The translations under genes were made by a program, and so were the position numbers. The notes under the pieces were generated by a model. It made no database searches. It worked only from the letters and a program-made list of their open reading frames with translations, and had not been told where the DNA came from. Of a stretch of DNA of 36,849 nt, positions 1 to 10,345 are shown in pieces. The DNA is from a virus (lineage: Duplodnaviria > Heunggongvirae > Uroviricota > Caudoviricetes), in the IMG/VR virus record IMGVR_UViG_2778261087_000007; one strand, 5' to 3'. Position 1 is the stretch's first letter, and each line of letters begins with the position of its first letter.

Positions 1-1293
<1,293 letters not shown>

Positions 1294-1313
1294 TACCCAA
1301 TTTTTCTGAATCT

Positions 1314-1336
1314 AAAAAGCGCCTGCGGGCGCTTTA
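1314..1336 (+). terminator. putative intrinsic terminator downstream of serS
   Basis: A-run, GC stem gcgcc/ggcgc with 4-nt loop, then TTT, about 25 nt after the serS stop. Confidence 0.45.
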
Positions 1337-1478
1337 AGAAGAAGTTTAACAATTTGAAAATAAATGGATTTTATTTTTAAGTGTCCATATAACGTCCATC
1401 TTTGAATGCAAAAAGCTCACAGTTCCTATGCTGTGGGCTTTGTTTTTGGTATCTTCATGAATGAGAGTACCAAAAAGA

Positions 1479-1515
1479 AAACCCGCAGTTTTACGCTGCG
1501 GGTTTCTGCTTTTGG
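1479..1515 (+). terminator. hairpin with T-rich tail (terminator-like)
   Basis: 8-bp stem acccgcag/ctgcgggt, loop ttttacg, followed by tttctgctttt; A-run upstream so could act in both directions. Confidence 0.4.
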
Positions 1516-1956
1516 ATGTCTATAGGGTGCCTTATCGACCTTAACCCTGGCAACCGATTGACGGGGAATTTGACTTCCCCGTCGCGGTTCCTTACTGTGT
1601 AGACTTACACTGTAAGAATGCCGCAATTTCCGTGCCTGCAAACCTGAATCGCAACTCACAAGGTGATGTGTGGAGGATCCAGATTATCGCTACTGTGGTT
1701 AAACACAGCAGCAAGGTTTTTAACGGAATTTGCGTCATAGCGCTTGCTCCTTTGCTGGAGAGGCGCTAACCTTCTACTTGCGAAGGTAAGAAGTGTTAGG
1801 GCCTCGGTTAAACAGAAAATGTTTTCCGGGGCCTTTCCACATCCGGCCTTCGGGCTTACCCTCCGACCATCAGCCGAAAGGCACCCGCAGCGATTCTAGC
1901 CTGATCATCTCTTCTGTTTCAATTGAATAACCTTATCCAGTTGAACCTTTTCTGCC

Positions 1957-2162
1957 GATCTTTATGATGCGATCGTCGCCCTGTTGTGATCCTTTTTTCA
2001 GTTTTATTTTACCCGTTAATTTTGCGCAGGCCGCGCCGTGTCTGTCTTCTTTGTCTGATGGTTGTTTGATGCGATCCCTTCGTGATCGTTTTTCGTCTCA
2101 CGTAAAGTATGAAAACTCTTTTAATATCATGCGGTTTTATTGCTCCAGCCATTTGTGCGATC
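1957..2162. promoter_or_regulatory. GATC-dense repeat block (6 GATC in about 200 bp; recurring T-rich ..TGCGATC.. motif)
   Basis: GATC at 1957, 1971, 1988, 2073, 2084, 2159; motif t(g/t)tgcgatc occurs three times; non-coding region. Confidence 0.3.
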
Positions 2163-2474
2163 GAAAAAATATCTCTTAAAATTGCAAAAAATTTCAAAGT
2201 GTGAAATTTCAGAACTTCGCTTTTCCCCCAGTTACTGCGCTGGCTGGCGGTCATTTTTGCACGACAGAAAACTGAAAAAGCGTTTCAACACAAAACCCGC
2301 GGGTTGGAGGGGGTAGCGCGGTTTACGTGACGTGACACTTTACGTCATGTCTGGCTGGTTATGCGCAAAATTGCCGCCTCAGTGAGGCGCTGTCGTAATG
2401 ATTTGATGAAAGGAGGGGTAACGCATGGGCATGGCTCATGCGTTATGTAACGCGTGTTTTACGTGGGATTTATG

Positions 2475-4214
2475 TCAGGCGATAAGGTCGCGGTATTTTT
2501 CCCGCAGGGAGGATGACTGTCTGGCATCACCGGTAAATTCACCACTGTTGGTGGGTGTGCCTGTGCCAGGATGTGCGTGTGTGGCAGCATGTGTTGCCAG
2601 TTGTTCAATGAGATCCAGAATATCAACGAACAACGTCATCAGGTTCAGGCTGTCGCCACCCTGTGAACCATTTCGGCCTATAAACAGGGTCGGCGCAGAG
2701 AGGGAAAGACCACCACTGGCGGTGGTGGTCTGTGTACCGCTGATGTTCTCTGTGATATTCCCGCTTACTGTGCTGTTAACATTACCGCCGATGGTTTCCT
2801 GCCTGTCAGCACTGATGCGGCGTATCTCTGCCTGTAATTCCGCAATAAGGCTGTTTGCTTTCATCCTGATATCACCGGTGGCCACAATACCGTAATCACC
2901 ATCAGAACCATGGACGATCTGCCCTGCCATCAGTGAACTCGTCCCGAGTACCGTGGTACTGTCTGTGGCCTGTACGGTTGTTGTGCGGGTTGTCGTCCGG
3001 CGGCTTTCCTGGTCGCTGGTTATGATTCTGTGTGCAGATTCTTCCCTGATTTTCTGGTCCGTTTCCCGGTGCCATGTGCCGTCACGGGTAACCCTCTGAA
3101 ATACTTCTGCACGCTGTTGCTGTAGCTGCTCGCCAGGCTGGATATCAGGAAGATTCAGTCCGGATGGGAGTATCTGCCTTATTACCGGTTTATCTGGCCG
3201 TCCTTCGATATGCGCGATTTCCACTATCGTTCCGGCTTCCGGATAAGAAAAACAACCGGCCTCATTTCCGGCCATGGGTACCGGAAGCGGCACGGCAGGA
3301 TATACAGGCGTGTTGTTGCTATCGTTGCCGTTTTCGTCCAGTAACTGCAGGTCAACAGCATAACGTGGGCGAAAACTGTCTGCCACATCGCCAAGCGTCG
3401 TGGATTCTGTTGGCGAGATAACGCGGGCCAGTCTTGGGCGTAATGTTCCGTCAGCCAGCTCCGGAAACTGCGATTCTGTCTGACGGCGCAGAGGTGAGCT
3501 GGATACGACAGAACCATCCTGGCGAAACCTGTCCCATGTCAGTGTCATGGTTTCATTATGAATGGCCACACGCGTGATCCGTCCTGCAGGAAGGTTAACG
3601 CCGGGGCGCAGAGTCTCTATCAACATGATATCCATACTGTTGCCGGCGCTGTGCCCCAGTGCATATTCATCAGGAATTTCCGGGATGGTCAGCGATGCAA
3701 AGCGTGAGTCACTGGCGCTGCCAACGAATACAGAACCATCCGGCATGGGATGCCAGACGTAATCCTGAATGCTGAATATCCTGCCAAGATGATCAAGCAG
3801 GCGGGTACCGCTTCCGCTGTGAGTGACGCAGGGTACTGGTGTGGATACATAGGCAGATGACGCGGTAATAAACACGATACCGCTCTTTTTTCCGAGATCA
3901 TCAAGAACATCACGCAGAGTCGGGTGCTGGATGACACACGGAAAACTGAAATCCAGTACCGCGGCAGCTTCCCTGATGAACAGACGGCGGGCGCCGTTTT
4001 CTGCCGGTTGATCGCGCTCAACGTAACCTGAGAAATAACGCCAGGCTTGGCCATCACGCCCAAAATCAATCTGAATCATGGCACCGGCCAGCGTGCTGCG
4101 CTGATTCGGCAGGGTGACAAAACCTCTTCCTGATGCGTTCAGTGACAGGACCAGACTGATGTCTGTTATTTCTGTCTGTTTACCGTTGACCATGCATCTC
4201 TGAATAATTTTCAT
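2475..4214 (-). CDS. baseplate hub / central spike-like protein (possible gpD-gpV type fusion)
   Basis: 579 aa; C-terminus LATHAATHAHPGTGTPTNSG resembles the His-rich apex of P2 gpV (..HTHKHPGDSGGTTG..); last gene of the tail operon; N-terminal similarity to hub proteins is only a pattern-level impression. Confidence 0.5.
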   Translation of the reverse strand: MKIIQRCMVNGKQTEITDISLVLSLNASGRGFVTLPNQRSTLAGAMIQIDFGRDGQAWRYFSGYVERDQPAENGARRLFIREAAAVLDFSFPCVIQHPTLRDVLDDLGKKSGIVFITASSAYVSTPVPCVTHSGSGTRLLDHLGRIFSIQDYVWHPMPDGSVFVGSASDSRFASLTIPEIPDEYALGHSAGNSMDIMLIETLRPGVNLPAGRITRVAIHNETMTLTWDRFRQDGSVVSSSPLRRQTESQFPELADGTLRPRLARVISPTESTTLGDVADSFRPRYAVDLQLLDENGNDSNNTPVYPAVPLPVPMAGNEAGCFSYPEAGTIVEIAHIEGRPDKPVIRQILPSGLNLPDIQPGEQLQQQRAEVFQRVTRDGTWHRETDQKIREESAHRIITSDQESRRTTTRTTTVQATDSTTVLGTSSLMAGQIVHGSDGDYGIVATGDIRMKANSLIAELQAEIRRISADRQETIGGNVNSTVSGNITENISGTQTTTASGGLSLSAPTLFIGRNGSQGGDSLNLMTLFVDILDLIEQLATHAATHAHPGTGTPTNSGEFTGDARQSSSLREKYRDLIA

Positions 4215-4786
4215 TATTCACCATCCTTCACGCTGCCAACACCTGTTTTATCCAGCCATCCTCCCAGCGTATTATTCACCGCTCCCCAGAATGCGTCCTG
4301 AGTATTGATTTGTTCGTTGTCAGACGTTGAACTGGTTCCTGTCTGTGTCTGCTGGTTAACCCTGGTTTTCTGTTCGCTGCTGCGGGCCTCTTTTTTCTCA
4401 GGTACGCTGAGTTTTTCCCTCAGGGTAAATGAGACCTGCCAGTTCATTTTCCCCTGTTGCTCCGTGACGTCGACACTGCCGGAGAAAACACCCTGTCGCA
4501 TATTCACCGCTCTGGCAGTAGCGTTGGCAATCCTGTAGCATTTTTTATCTCCTCCATTGCCTGTGGCTTCGGCCAGTTGAAAAAGGCGGGTCAGTATTTT
4601 TTCATCGTTGAAATCAACAATGCCCGTAACCTTCATTTCTTTCGCTTTGCAGCCTTTCTGGGCGCTGCTGGTACTGGTTGACTGACCTGACATATCCTTA
4701 TCCGGCAGGCGCAGACTGACGCTGACAGTGATATTGCGTAACAGGATCGCTTCTCCGTCCAGCGCCAGCACGATGATTTGTGTCAT
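4214..4786 (-). CDS. hypothetical tail-operon protein (possible baseplate or tube-initiator component)
   Basis: 190-aa ORF, ATG start; 1-nt overlap with the downstream spike gene and ATGA overlap with the upstream gene. Confidence 0.45.
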   Translation of the reverse strand: MTQIIVLALDGEAILLRNITVSVSLRLPDKDMSGQSTSTSSAQKGCKAKEMKVTGIVDFNDEKILTRLFQLAEATGNGGDKKCYRIANATARAVNMRQGVFSGSVDVTEQQGKMNWQVSFTLREKLSVPEKKEARSSEQKTRVNQQTQTGTSSTSDNEQINTQDAFWGAVNNTLGGWLDKTGVGSVKDGE

Positions 4787-5487
4787 TTCAGGGCACCTCT
4801 CAGCGCGGATAAATCCTCACCTGCAAAGAGCATAATAGTGGTCAGCACCCGGTCAGGGTGAGGAATGTTTTTTTTCATCATGATTGCGGCCTGCCTGGTA
4901 TCACCGGAAAAACAGAAACTCCATACCTGGCATGCCCTGTTTTGCGATTCCTGCTTTTCTCCGGTTAATCTGTCCATCAGGTTCTGGCGATCTTTTCTGA
5001 ACTGTGCCAGCGCCTGATCCAGCCCGGAAAAGGACAGCGGAGGAGGGGAAACGGCTGTGCTGATCAATTCAGTCTGTGCCAGACTCCTGGCTGTGCTGAG
5101 TGACAGGGTGGTGCTTTCCGGAAGTGTTGCCGCTACTTTTGCCGGGATCTGCATTTTGCTGACTGCCAGCGATAACTGGCTGGCGATCAGCCTGTTCATT
5201 CGCTTGATTTCCGGCAAAGGGAATACGTCGGCAAAACGTTTTGTCAGTGCAAGAAATTCTGAAGCTGAAGTGGCACTGAGCATCATTAGTACCATGTCGC
5301 AATCCCGGCTGCCCTCCAGTCTGTGCAGAATGGCATCAATGGCATTTTCCGGGCTGAGGTAAGCCCCTGAACGGGTGACGTTTCCCACACCTTCCGACCA
5401 TGGATGGAGACAAAGTTGTGAGCAGTTGATATTCATTGCAGCAGGCTTAAGAAGACTGCTTTTCCATTCCGCTGGCTGCATATTCAT
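4783..5487 (-). CDS. hypothetical protein, unknown function
   Basis: ORF 4783-5541 begins with TTG in the track; first in-frame ATGs at 5487, 5481 and 5436; no recognisable motif. Confidence 0.4.
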   Translation of the reverse strand: MNMQPAEWKSSLLKPAAMNINCSQLCLHPWSEGVGNVTRSGAYLSPENAIDAILHRLEGSRDCDMVLMMLSATSASEFLALTKRFADVFPLPEIKRMNRLIASQLSLAVSKMQIPAKVAATLPESTTLSLSTARSLAQTELISTAVSPPPLSFSGLDQALAQFRKDRQNLMDRLTGEKQESQNRACQVWSFCFSGDTRQAAIMMKKNIPHPDRVLTTIMLFAGEDLSALRGALK

Positions 5488-5643
5488 ACCATTTATTTCT
5501 GATGTGTTGTTGTTTTTTGATGTAATACACAAATTTAACAAAGTGTATGCAAGGCTGTTTAATATGCCATTCTGTAGTTATATGATCCCGGACGACCATA
5601 AGGGATACTGCACTGCAGTGTCTTCTCCCTTGGAAAACCTTTT

Positions 5644-5676
5644 CTGCCATACATTTGTATGGCAGGCTTTTTTTTT
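5644..5676. terminator. strong hairpin plus T9 run (plus-strand orientation) in minus-strand operon
   Basis: 9-bp stem ctgccatac/gtatggcag, 4-nt loop, then gc and 9 T; overlaps the stop of the DUF1353-like gene. Confidence 0.4.
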
Positions 5677-6059
5677 CAGCAACAGGTTCCCTGCTGCGTG
5701 TCGCTGTATTTCCCTTTCCCGAACAACCTTACCGCAAGATACATCAACCGTCTGCGCCAGCGTGGAACTCCCAGCACCGTCATCGCATCCAGAAATATCC
5801 TGTCCGCTTCCGCCTTCGTGCGCAGGGCATTGTCATACAGCCAGTCATGAATAATCGCGGCTTTCGCATAACGACCATGCGGCGGGAACAGTGCCCACAG
5901 AAGCCGGGGCACACTGGCAAGGTCCGTCACATATCCCTCCGGAACATAAATCACATCATCCGGGTTATCCGTCAGCCAGAATTCAAACGGCTCAACCAGC
6001 CGCCAGCGGTAATCATCCAGCATCTCCAGAATGGCCGGTGTGGTGAACTTACTCATCAT
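5676..6059 (-). CDS. DUF1353-like protein
   Basis: Motif YVTDLASVPRLLWALFPP...AAIIHDWLY recalls the DUF1353 family often found next to phage tail-fibre genes; start at MMSKF, overlaps the tfa stop. Confidence 0.5.
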   Translation of the reverse strand: MMSKFTTPAILEMLDDYRWRLVEPFEFWLTDNPDDVIYVPEGYVTDLASVPRLLWALFPPHGRYAKAAIIHDWLYDNALRTKAEADRIFLDAMTVLGVPRWRRRLMYLAVRLFGKGKYSDTQQGTCC

Positions 6060-6660
6060 CACCCTCTGGCCAGCCAACAGGATACGCACGAATATCCGGC
6101 AGTGCGGTCAGCCCTGCCACTTCTTCTTTCATCCGGCGCTGGCGTTCGTGGATTTTAAACCCCTGCATCACCATTGCCGCATTCATCGCAGTATCCAGTT
6201 GTATCAGCTCTTCCGGCGTCAGAGTGACATCCTGATTATCCGCATCCGTCCAGAAAAAATGCTCCGGCAACAGCCCGTTTCCTGCCACCGCAACAACAGG
6301 TGTCAGTCTGGACTGTGACGCCTTTCCGGCATCCCAGCGATGACCACTGAATTCAAAAACAAAACTGCTGTTCTCCTGGCTGTCACGCCAGCGACTGATT
6401 TCACCGTATTTCTGATTTCTGGCCTTTTCCAGTATCTCCTCTGTCACCACAAACGGCGTGACTCCACCCCAGGCCCCTGATATCAGTCCTGACCAGAGCC
6501 TTAACCCGAATTCTGTCGGGTCTGAAGCTCTGGCAGTATAAGGTACATATACCCGATGACTGTCATCAGAACGGTCTGCCATGAACACCTCACAGGTAAT
6601 GCTGCCATCTTCATTAAAACGGGCATTGCGGACGTCCGCTTCTGAATTCCTGGTATCCAT
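6049..6660 (-). CDS. tail fibre assembly chaperone (second copy)
   Basis: 203 aa immediately after tail fibre 2; C-terminal region typical of Tfa chaperones. Confidence 0.7.
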   Translation of the reverse strand: MDTRNSEADVRNARFNEDGSITCEVFMADRSDDSHRVYVPYTARASDPTEFGLRLWSGLISGAWGGVTPFVVTEEILEKARNQKYGEISRWRDSQENSSFVFEFSGHRWDAGKASQSRLTPVVAVAGNGLLPEHFFWTDADNQDVTLTPEELIQLDTAMNAAMVMQGFKIHERQRRMKEEVAGLTALPDIRAYPVGWPEGDDE

Positions 6661-8228
6661 TATTTCACCCTCAGAAAAAGCATTTTCTCTTCAGCTTCTG
6701 CATTTCCGCAGGCCATCCAGATTCCTGACTGTACCGGGTCAAGCCGCTCTCCGGCCAGTTCATCTCCGTAACTGACCGCATCCTGAGAAGCACAGAACAG
6801 GTAACTCCCCACTCCACCGGCTACCGGACGACCGGCGAACTGCCACCATGGAGTGGTACCCAGTCCGCTGTAAGCCCTGATGAATGCCTGTCCCATACAG
6901 TTAAGGAAAATCTGACCTGAAACATTCTCATTCGTCGGCACCTGCCACATCAGACCATATGCATAATTCCCCGCGGCACCCGGAACGGGGTGGTCTTCAC
7001 AGGCAAGGTAGTGGTTATATTTCAGCAACGGGAACTGAAGGTCAGAATACATAAAACCATGAGCCAGAATGCCCGTGAATTTTTTCGCAGTCTTTATCCC
7101 GTCTTCCGGGTAAACTCCGCTGGGCCCCATGGGTCCCTGAGGCCCCTGAGGGCCGGTGGCTCCCCGGGCACCGGTATCACCTTTATCGCCTTTCTCACCT
7201 TTTTCTCCCTGAGGCCCGGTATCGCCCCGGTCCCCTTTCTCTCCCTTTTCACCACGGGGGCCCTGTGGGCCGGTCTCCCCCTGCGGTCCCGGCTCTCCCT
7301 GTGGTCCTGGCGTTTTAGCAATCTCCCTGGCCTCCTCCAGTGCCTTCAGCGCCCCCTGCTCATGTTCACCTGCTGTCGTGGCACTGTCTGTTGCCTGGTT
7401 CGCTGACTGGCGTGTTTGTTCCACGGCCTCCTGATATGAGCATGTGGTTATCCTCAAATCTTCCCATACACCGCTTTCTGTTCTGTGAGCTAACGGTGCA
7501 ATATGACTGTGTTCATCGCATTCCGGAATGCTTTCGGCCAGGATCAGGCGATATCGGGTGACGGGGTACCCCAGGACTGTGAAACCATCCACCCATGCCC
7601 GGATACAAAGATAATCAGCACCTTCAGCAATAATGAGGGTTTCATCTTCAGTCTTTACCCTGAAGCCGGCAATATAGGCGGTGCCACCGGTACAGGTCAT
7701 CACATCATCCTTAACGGTGATGCGTCCACAGTCATTAATAAAAACGTGATGTCCGTAAAAATCGTGCAGTGTTTCGGCTCTTGTACTGGCTTCAGCTTTC
7801 AGCCATGAAGTGATATCCAGTTGCCAGCTCTGAGGGGGAACAGTAATATTCGCAGCCCTGGCCATTCCCTTATAAGCCAGGACAAAATTGCGTATTAATG
7901 TTTCGCCCTCCAGTTTTTGCCTTACCGGGGTGGTGATAATACCGCACAGTGTTCTGCCTGGCTGATGTACAAGACAAATACGGTTATATGTAAACTCCCT
8001 GACATCATGACCAATTGTCACGCTGCAGATAATGGCATCCTGATTGAGACGGCTGTATGTCAGCTCTGTGGCAGCAAATGTTATCTGTGAGTCTTCCGGA
8101 TAACTATCCGTCAGCATTGACTCGTTGTCTGATAAAGTAAAAAGAATGGCATCCGGTCTTGCCGGAATATTATCTGCAACGCAGTCAGCCATCCATTTTT
8201 CAAATGATTTGGTCAGCAGGGTGCTCAT
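6660..8228 (-). CDS. tail fibre protein 2 with collagen-like Gly-X-Y tract
   Basis: 522 aa; N-terminal 200 aa homologous to tail fibre 1 ([12 protein letters not shown]...PARPD vs MSTVITRQYEHW...PARPD); about 21 uninterrupted G-X-Y triplets. Confidence 0.8.
   Translation of the reverse strand: MSTLLTKSFEKWMADCVADNIPARPDAILFTLSDNESMLTDSYPEDSQITFAATELTYSRLNQDAIICSVTIGHDVREFTYNRICLVHQPGRTLCGIITTPVRQKLEGETLIRNFVLAYKGMARAANITVPPQSWQLDITSWLKAEASTRAETLHDFYGHHVFINDCGRITVKDDVMTCTGGTAYIAGFRVKTEDETLIIAEGADYLCIRAWVDGFTVLGYPVTRYRLILAESIPECDEHSHIAPLAHRTESGVWEDLRITTCSYQEAVEQTRQSANQATDSATTAGEHEQGALKALEEAREIAKTPGPQGEPGPQGETGPQGPRGEKGEKGDRGDTGPQGEKGEKGDKGDTGARGATGPQGPQGPMGPSGVYPEDGIKTAKKFTGILAHGFMYSDLQFPLLKYNHYLACEDHPVPGAAGNYAYGLMWQVPTNENVSGQIFLNCMGQAFIRAYSGLGTTPWWQFAGRPVAGGVGSYLFCASQDAVSYGDELAGERLDPVQSGIWMACGNAEAEEKMLFLRVK
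7116..7310 (-). repeat. collagen-like G-X-Y coding repeat inside tail fibre 2
   Basis: Residues about 307-371: [64 protein letters not shown]. Confidence 0.85.
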
Positions 8229-8247
8229 TTTTGATTATCTCCGGTTT

Positions 8248-8775
8248 TTATTTTGTTTCCGGTACAGCAGGCCAGTTAATTGCCTCAAAGTTATCCTTAT
8301 TATCAATGTCTGAAATATTCAGAGAATTAAGCTCACGGATATACATCATCCACTGAGTGAGTTTAAGCCTGTCATCGTCACTGATTATTCCAAGACTGAG
8401 CTCTGTCTGCCAGTCACTGGTAATACTCCTGGCTTCTGACAGTAACCTGTTGCGTTGTGTTTCAGCCTGTTGCCGGTAATCAACAGGAACCGGTAATATC
8501 TCACCATCCCTGTAATACCAGCGAGCCTCAATACAGAACCCTTCAGGAAGTTCGTCAACCTCCACAATGGAGAAACCTGCCGGATAGAGACGTGAAGCAT
8601 CCTCCGCCATGGAGTAAATCACTCCGGTGTCCGGATGAATGCACAATTTATATTTCTTCGTGAATTTATTGACAGAATCATAAAAATCCTGACCATCCTC
8701 ACTGCAGAAATACTGGATACCATCACCATAAGGCATGTCTTCAGGGTAATAGCGTGAAACGTTTCGGAGTTCCAT
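8248..8775 (-). CDS. tail fibre assembly chaperone (first copy)
   Basis: Start at MELRNVSRYY (ATG 8775, SD-like AAGGGA upstream); directly downstream of tail fibre 1. Confidence 0.7.
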   Translation of the reverse strand: MELRNVSRYYPEDMPYGDGIQYFCSEDGQDFYDSVNKFTKKYKLCIHPDTGVIYSMAEDASRLYPAGFSIVEVDELPEGFCIEARWYYRDGEILPVPVDYRQQAETQRNRLLSEARSITSDWQTELSLGIISDDDRLKLTQWMMYIRELNSLNISDIDNKDNFEAINWPAVPETK

Positions 8776-8786
8776 AATGTTGTCCC

Positions 8787-10340
8787 TTAACCGGATATGG
8801 TGCGCCATGCACCATTAATATAAATCTGTTTTGCTTTGTAATAGACACCGCCAATATTATCTGCAGAATGTGAGCCAGTTTCCTGAACGTTAATACCAGA
8901 AAGCACACAACCTGCCGGGGCACGGAATGTCCAGGAAATTTCATTACCACCTGGATTGTGAAAGGTTTCGTTTGTGTACTGTTCGTTCTGTACATAGCGG
9001 GCATCAGCTGCAGCCTGCGTCATTCCCGCTGAAATGGTGATATCCTTCGTACCATCAAATGCAACACCATTTATTTTTCGTGCGTTCTGTAATTTTGTGG
9101 CGCTGCCGGCATTACCGGTTGTGTTCTGGTTGCCCTGGGTATTCACACCCGGGAGACTGATATCTCCTGAACCATCAAAACTGACGCCGCCGATTTTCCT
9201 GCTGGTTTTTAATTTTGTAGCCGTACCTGAATTGCCTGATATATCGGTGATTGTAATATCTTCCGACAGTTCCTTACCGTTGACTTTCCTTGTTGACGGA
9301 ACGCGACGTTTTGCCTCATCCATAGCGTTCTTTACGGCTTTGGGAGTGGCGGCACGATCTTCCCTGTCACTGTCTGTATCACTGCAATATTGCGCAAATC
9401 CCTTTTCGTCCAGCGTGGCGTCAGGGTGATTGCGTGAGCGCACGTGGGCTGCCAGTGCATCGCTGTTTTCTTCATCAGGTGTCTGTGGACGGACATCCTC
9501 AACATGACCGGCAGATAATACTGCCAGTGGTGCAACATAATGTCTGAATCCGTTATTATCGGTGTACTCTTCAGTTACCAGGCGTGTATTCGTATTCCCG
9601 GCGTCTGGTTGTCTGGCAGTAAATACAAATACCGTTTTCCAGCAGCCTGATACATGTCCCTGCCAACTGGCATCAATCAGAATGATGTCATTTTCAGAGG
9701 CGGTAAGTGTGAAGGGCTCCGTTAACTGAACACGCAGGCCACCGATATAAGCCACACCGGCACTGATGGTAGCTGTGCTGTTAATGGCATCGTAACTGAC
9801 ATGCAGGCTGTTACCCAGACATGCGGCATCACCATAGTAATCAAAGGCCAGCAGACGACGCGATTCATCCATTCCTGTCAGTCTGGCAGTAAAATCAATC
9901 TGCCAGACGTCAGCGGTGACGTTTACCTGCATGGCTTCGGCTGCCCCTTCGAATTCCATGGCGAATGTGCGAATCAGGTTATTGCCCTGAATGCCATTGG
10001 CGGTCCTGATTTTCTGCTGTAGTGGTGTATGGGCAATCATACACAGTACATGGCTTTCTTCGTGATACAGCCCAATCCAGTTATATTCAAAATCACCTGC
10101 GGTGGTGTCCAGAATCACGGAAAATGCAACCGTATCAGGTTCAAGCATGCCGAACTGTGTTACCGGAACGCGGCAGACAATATATTTTTCATCCGGCAGT
10201 TCTTCATCCACCGATATCGGTGCACTGATATCCATATCCGGAATGCAGGCAAAGATAAAAGTGTCCGGTCTGGCCGGTTCGTTGCTGATAAGCTGGTTTG
10301 CACACCAGTGCTCATATTGTCGCGTAATTACCGTGCTCAT
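8787..10340 (-). CDS. tail fibre protein 1 (P2 gpH-like)
   Basis: 517 aa; contains HPDATLDEKGF...AATPKAVKNAMDEA matching the P2 gpH motif RHPDASLTAKGF...AATPKAVK; two ATKL..R.I.GV.FDG fibre repeats. Confidence 0.85.
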   Translation of the reverse strand: MSTVITRQYEHWCANQLISNEPARPDTFIFACIPDMDISAPISVDEELPDEKYIVCRVPVTQFGMLEPDTVAFSVILDTTAGDFEYNWIGLYHEESHVLCMIAHTPLQQKIRTANGIQGNNLIRTFAMEFEGAAEAMQVNVTADVWQIDFTARLTGMDESRRLLAFDYYGDAACLGNSLHVSYDAINSTATISAGVAYIGGLRVQLTEPFTLTASENDIILIDASWQGHVSGCWKTVFVFTARQPDAGNTNTRLVTEEYTDNNGFRHYVAPLAVLSAGHVEDVRPQTPDEENSDALAAHVRSRNHPDATLDEKGFAQYCSDTDSDREDRAATPKAVKNAMDEAKRRVPSTRKVNGKELSEDITITDISGNSGTATKLKTSRKIGGVSFDGSGDISLPGVNTQGNQNTTGNAGSATKLQNARKINGVAFDGTKDITISAGMTQAAADARYVQNEQYTNETFHNPGGNEISWTFRAPAGCVLSGINVQETGSHSADNIGGVYYKAKQIYINGAWRTISG

Positions 10341-10345
10341 GATGA

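Noticed and set aside
1426-2254. Small ORFs in the junction region (1426-1659 minus, 1964-2179 plus, 2009-2254 minus)
   Set aside because: No ribosome-binding sites, atypical composition, and overlap with hairpins or the GATC repeat block; probably non-coding.
1294-2474. tRNA or tmRNA integration target at the prophage junction
   Set aside because: No tRNA-like sequence (acceptor stem, GTTC..A T-loop, CCA context) was seen in this interval.
2425-2895. Plus-strand ORFs antisense to tail and head genes (e.g. 2425-2895, 7503-7808, 9034-9429, 13738-14223, 17637-18044, 21625-22041)
   Set aside because: They lie opposite long, well-supported minus-strand phage genes, have low-complexity or Cys/Ser-rich translations and no ribosome-binding sites.
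6049-10340. Invertible tail-fibre segment (Mu G-segment or P1 C-segment type)
   Set aside because: Both fibre/chaperone modules are on the same strand, no inverted repeats bracket them and no serine invertase gene is present.
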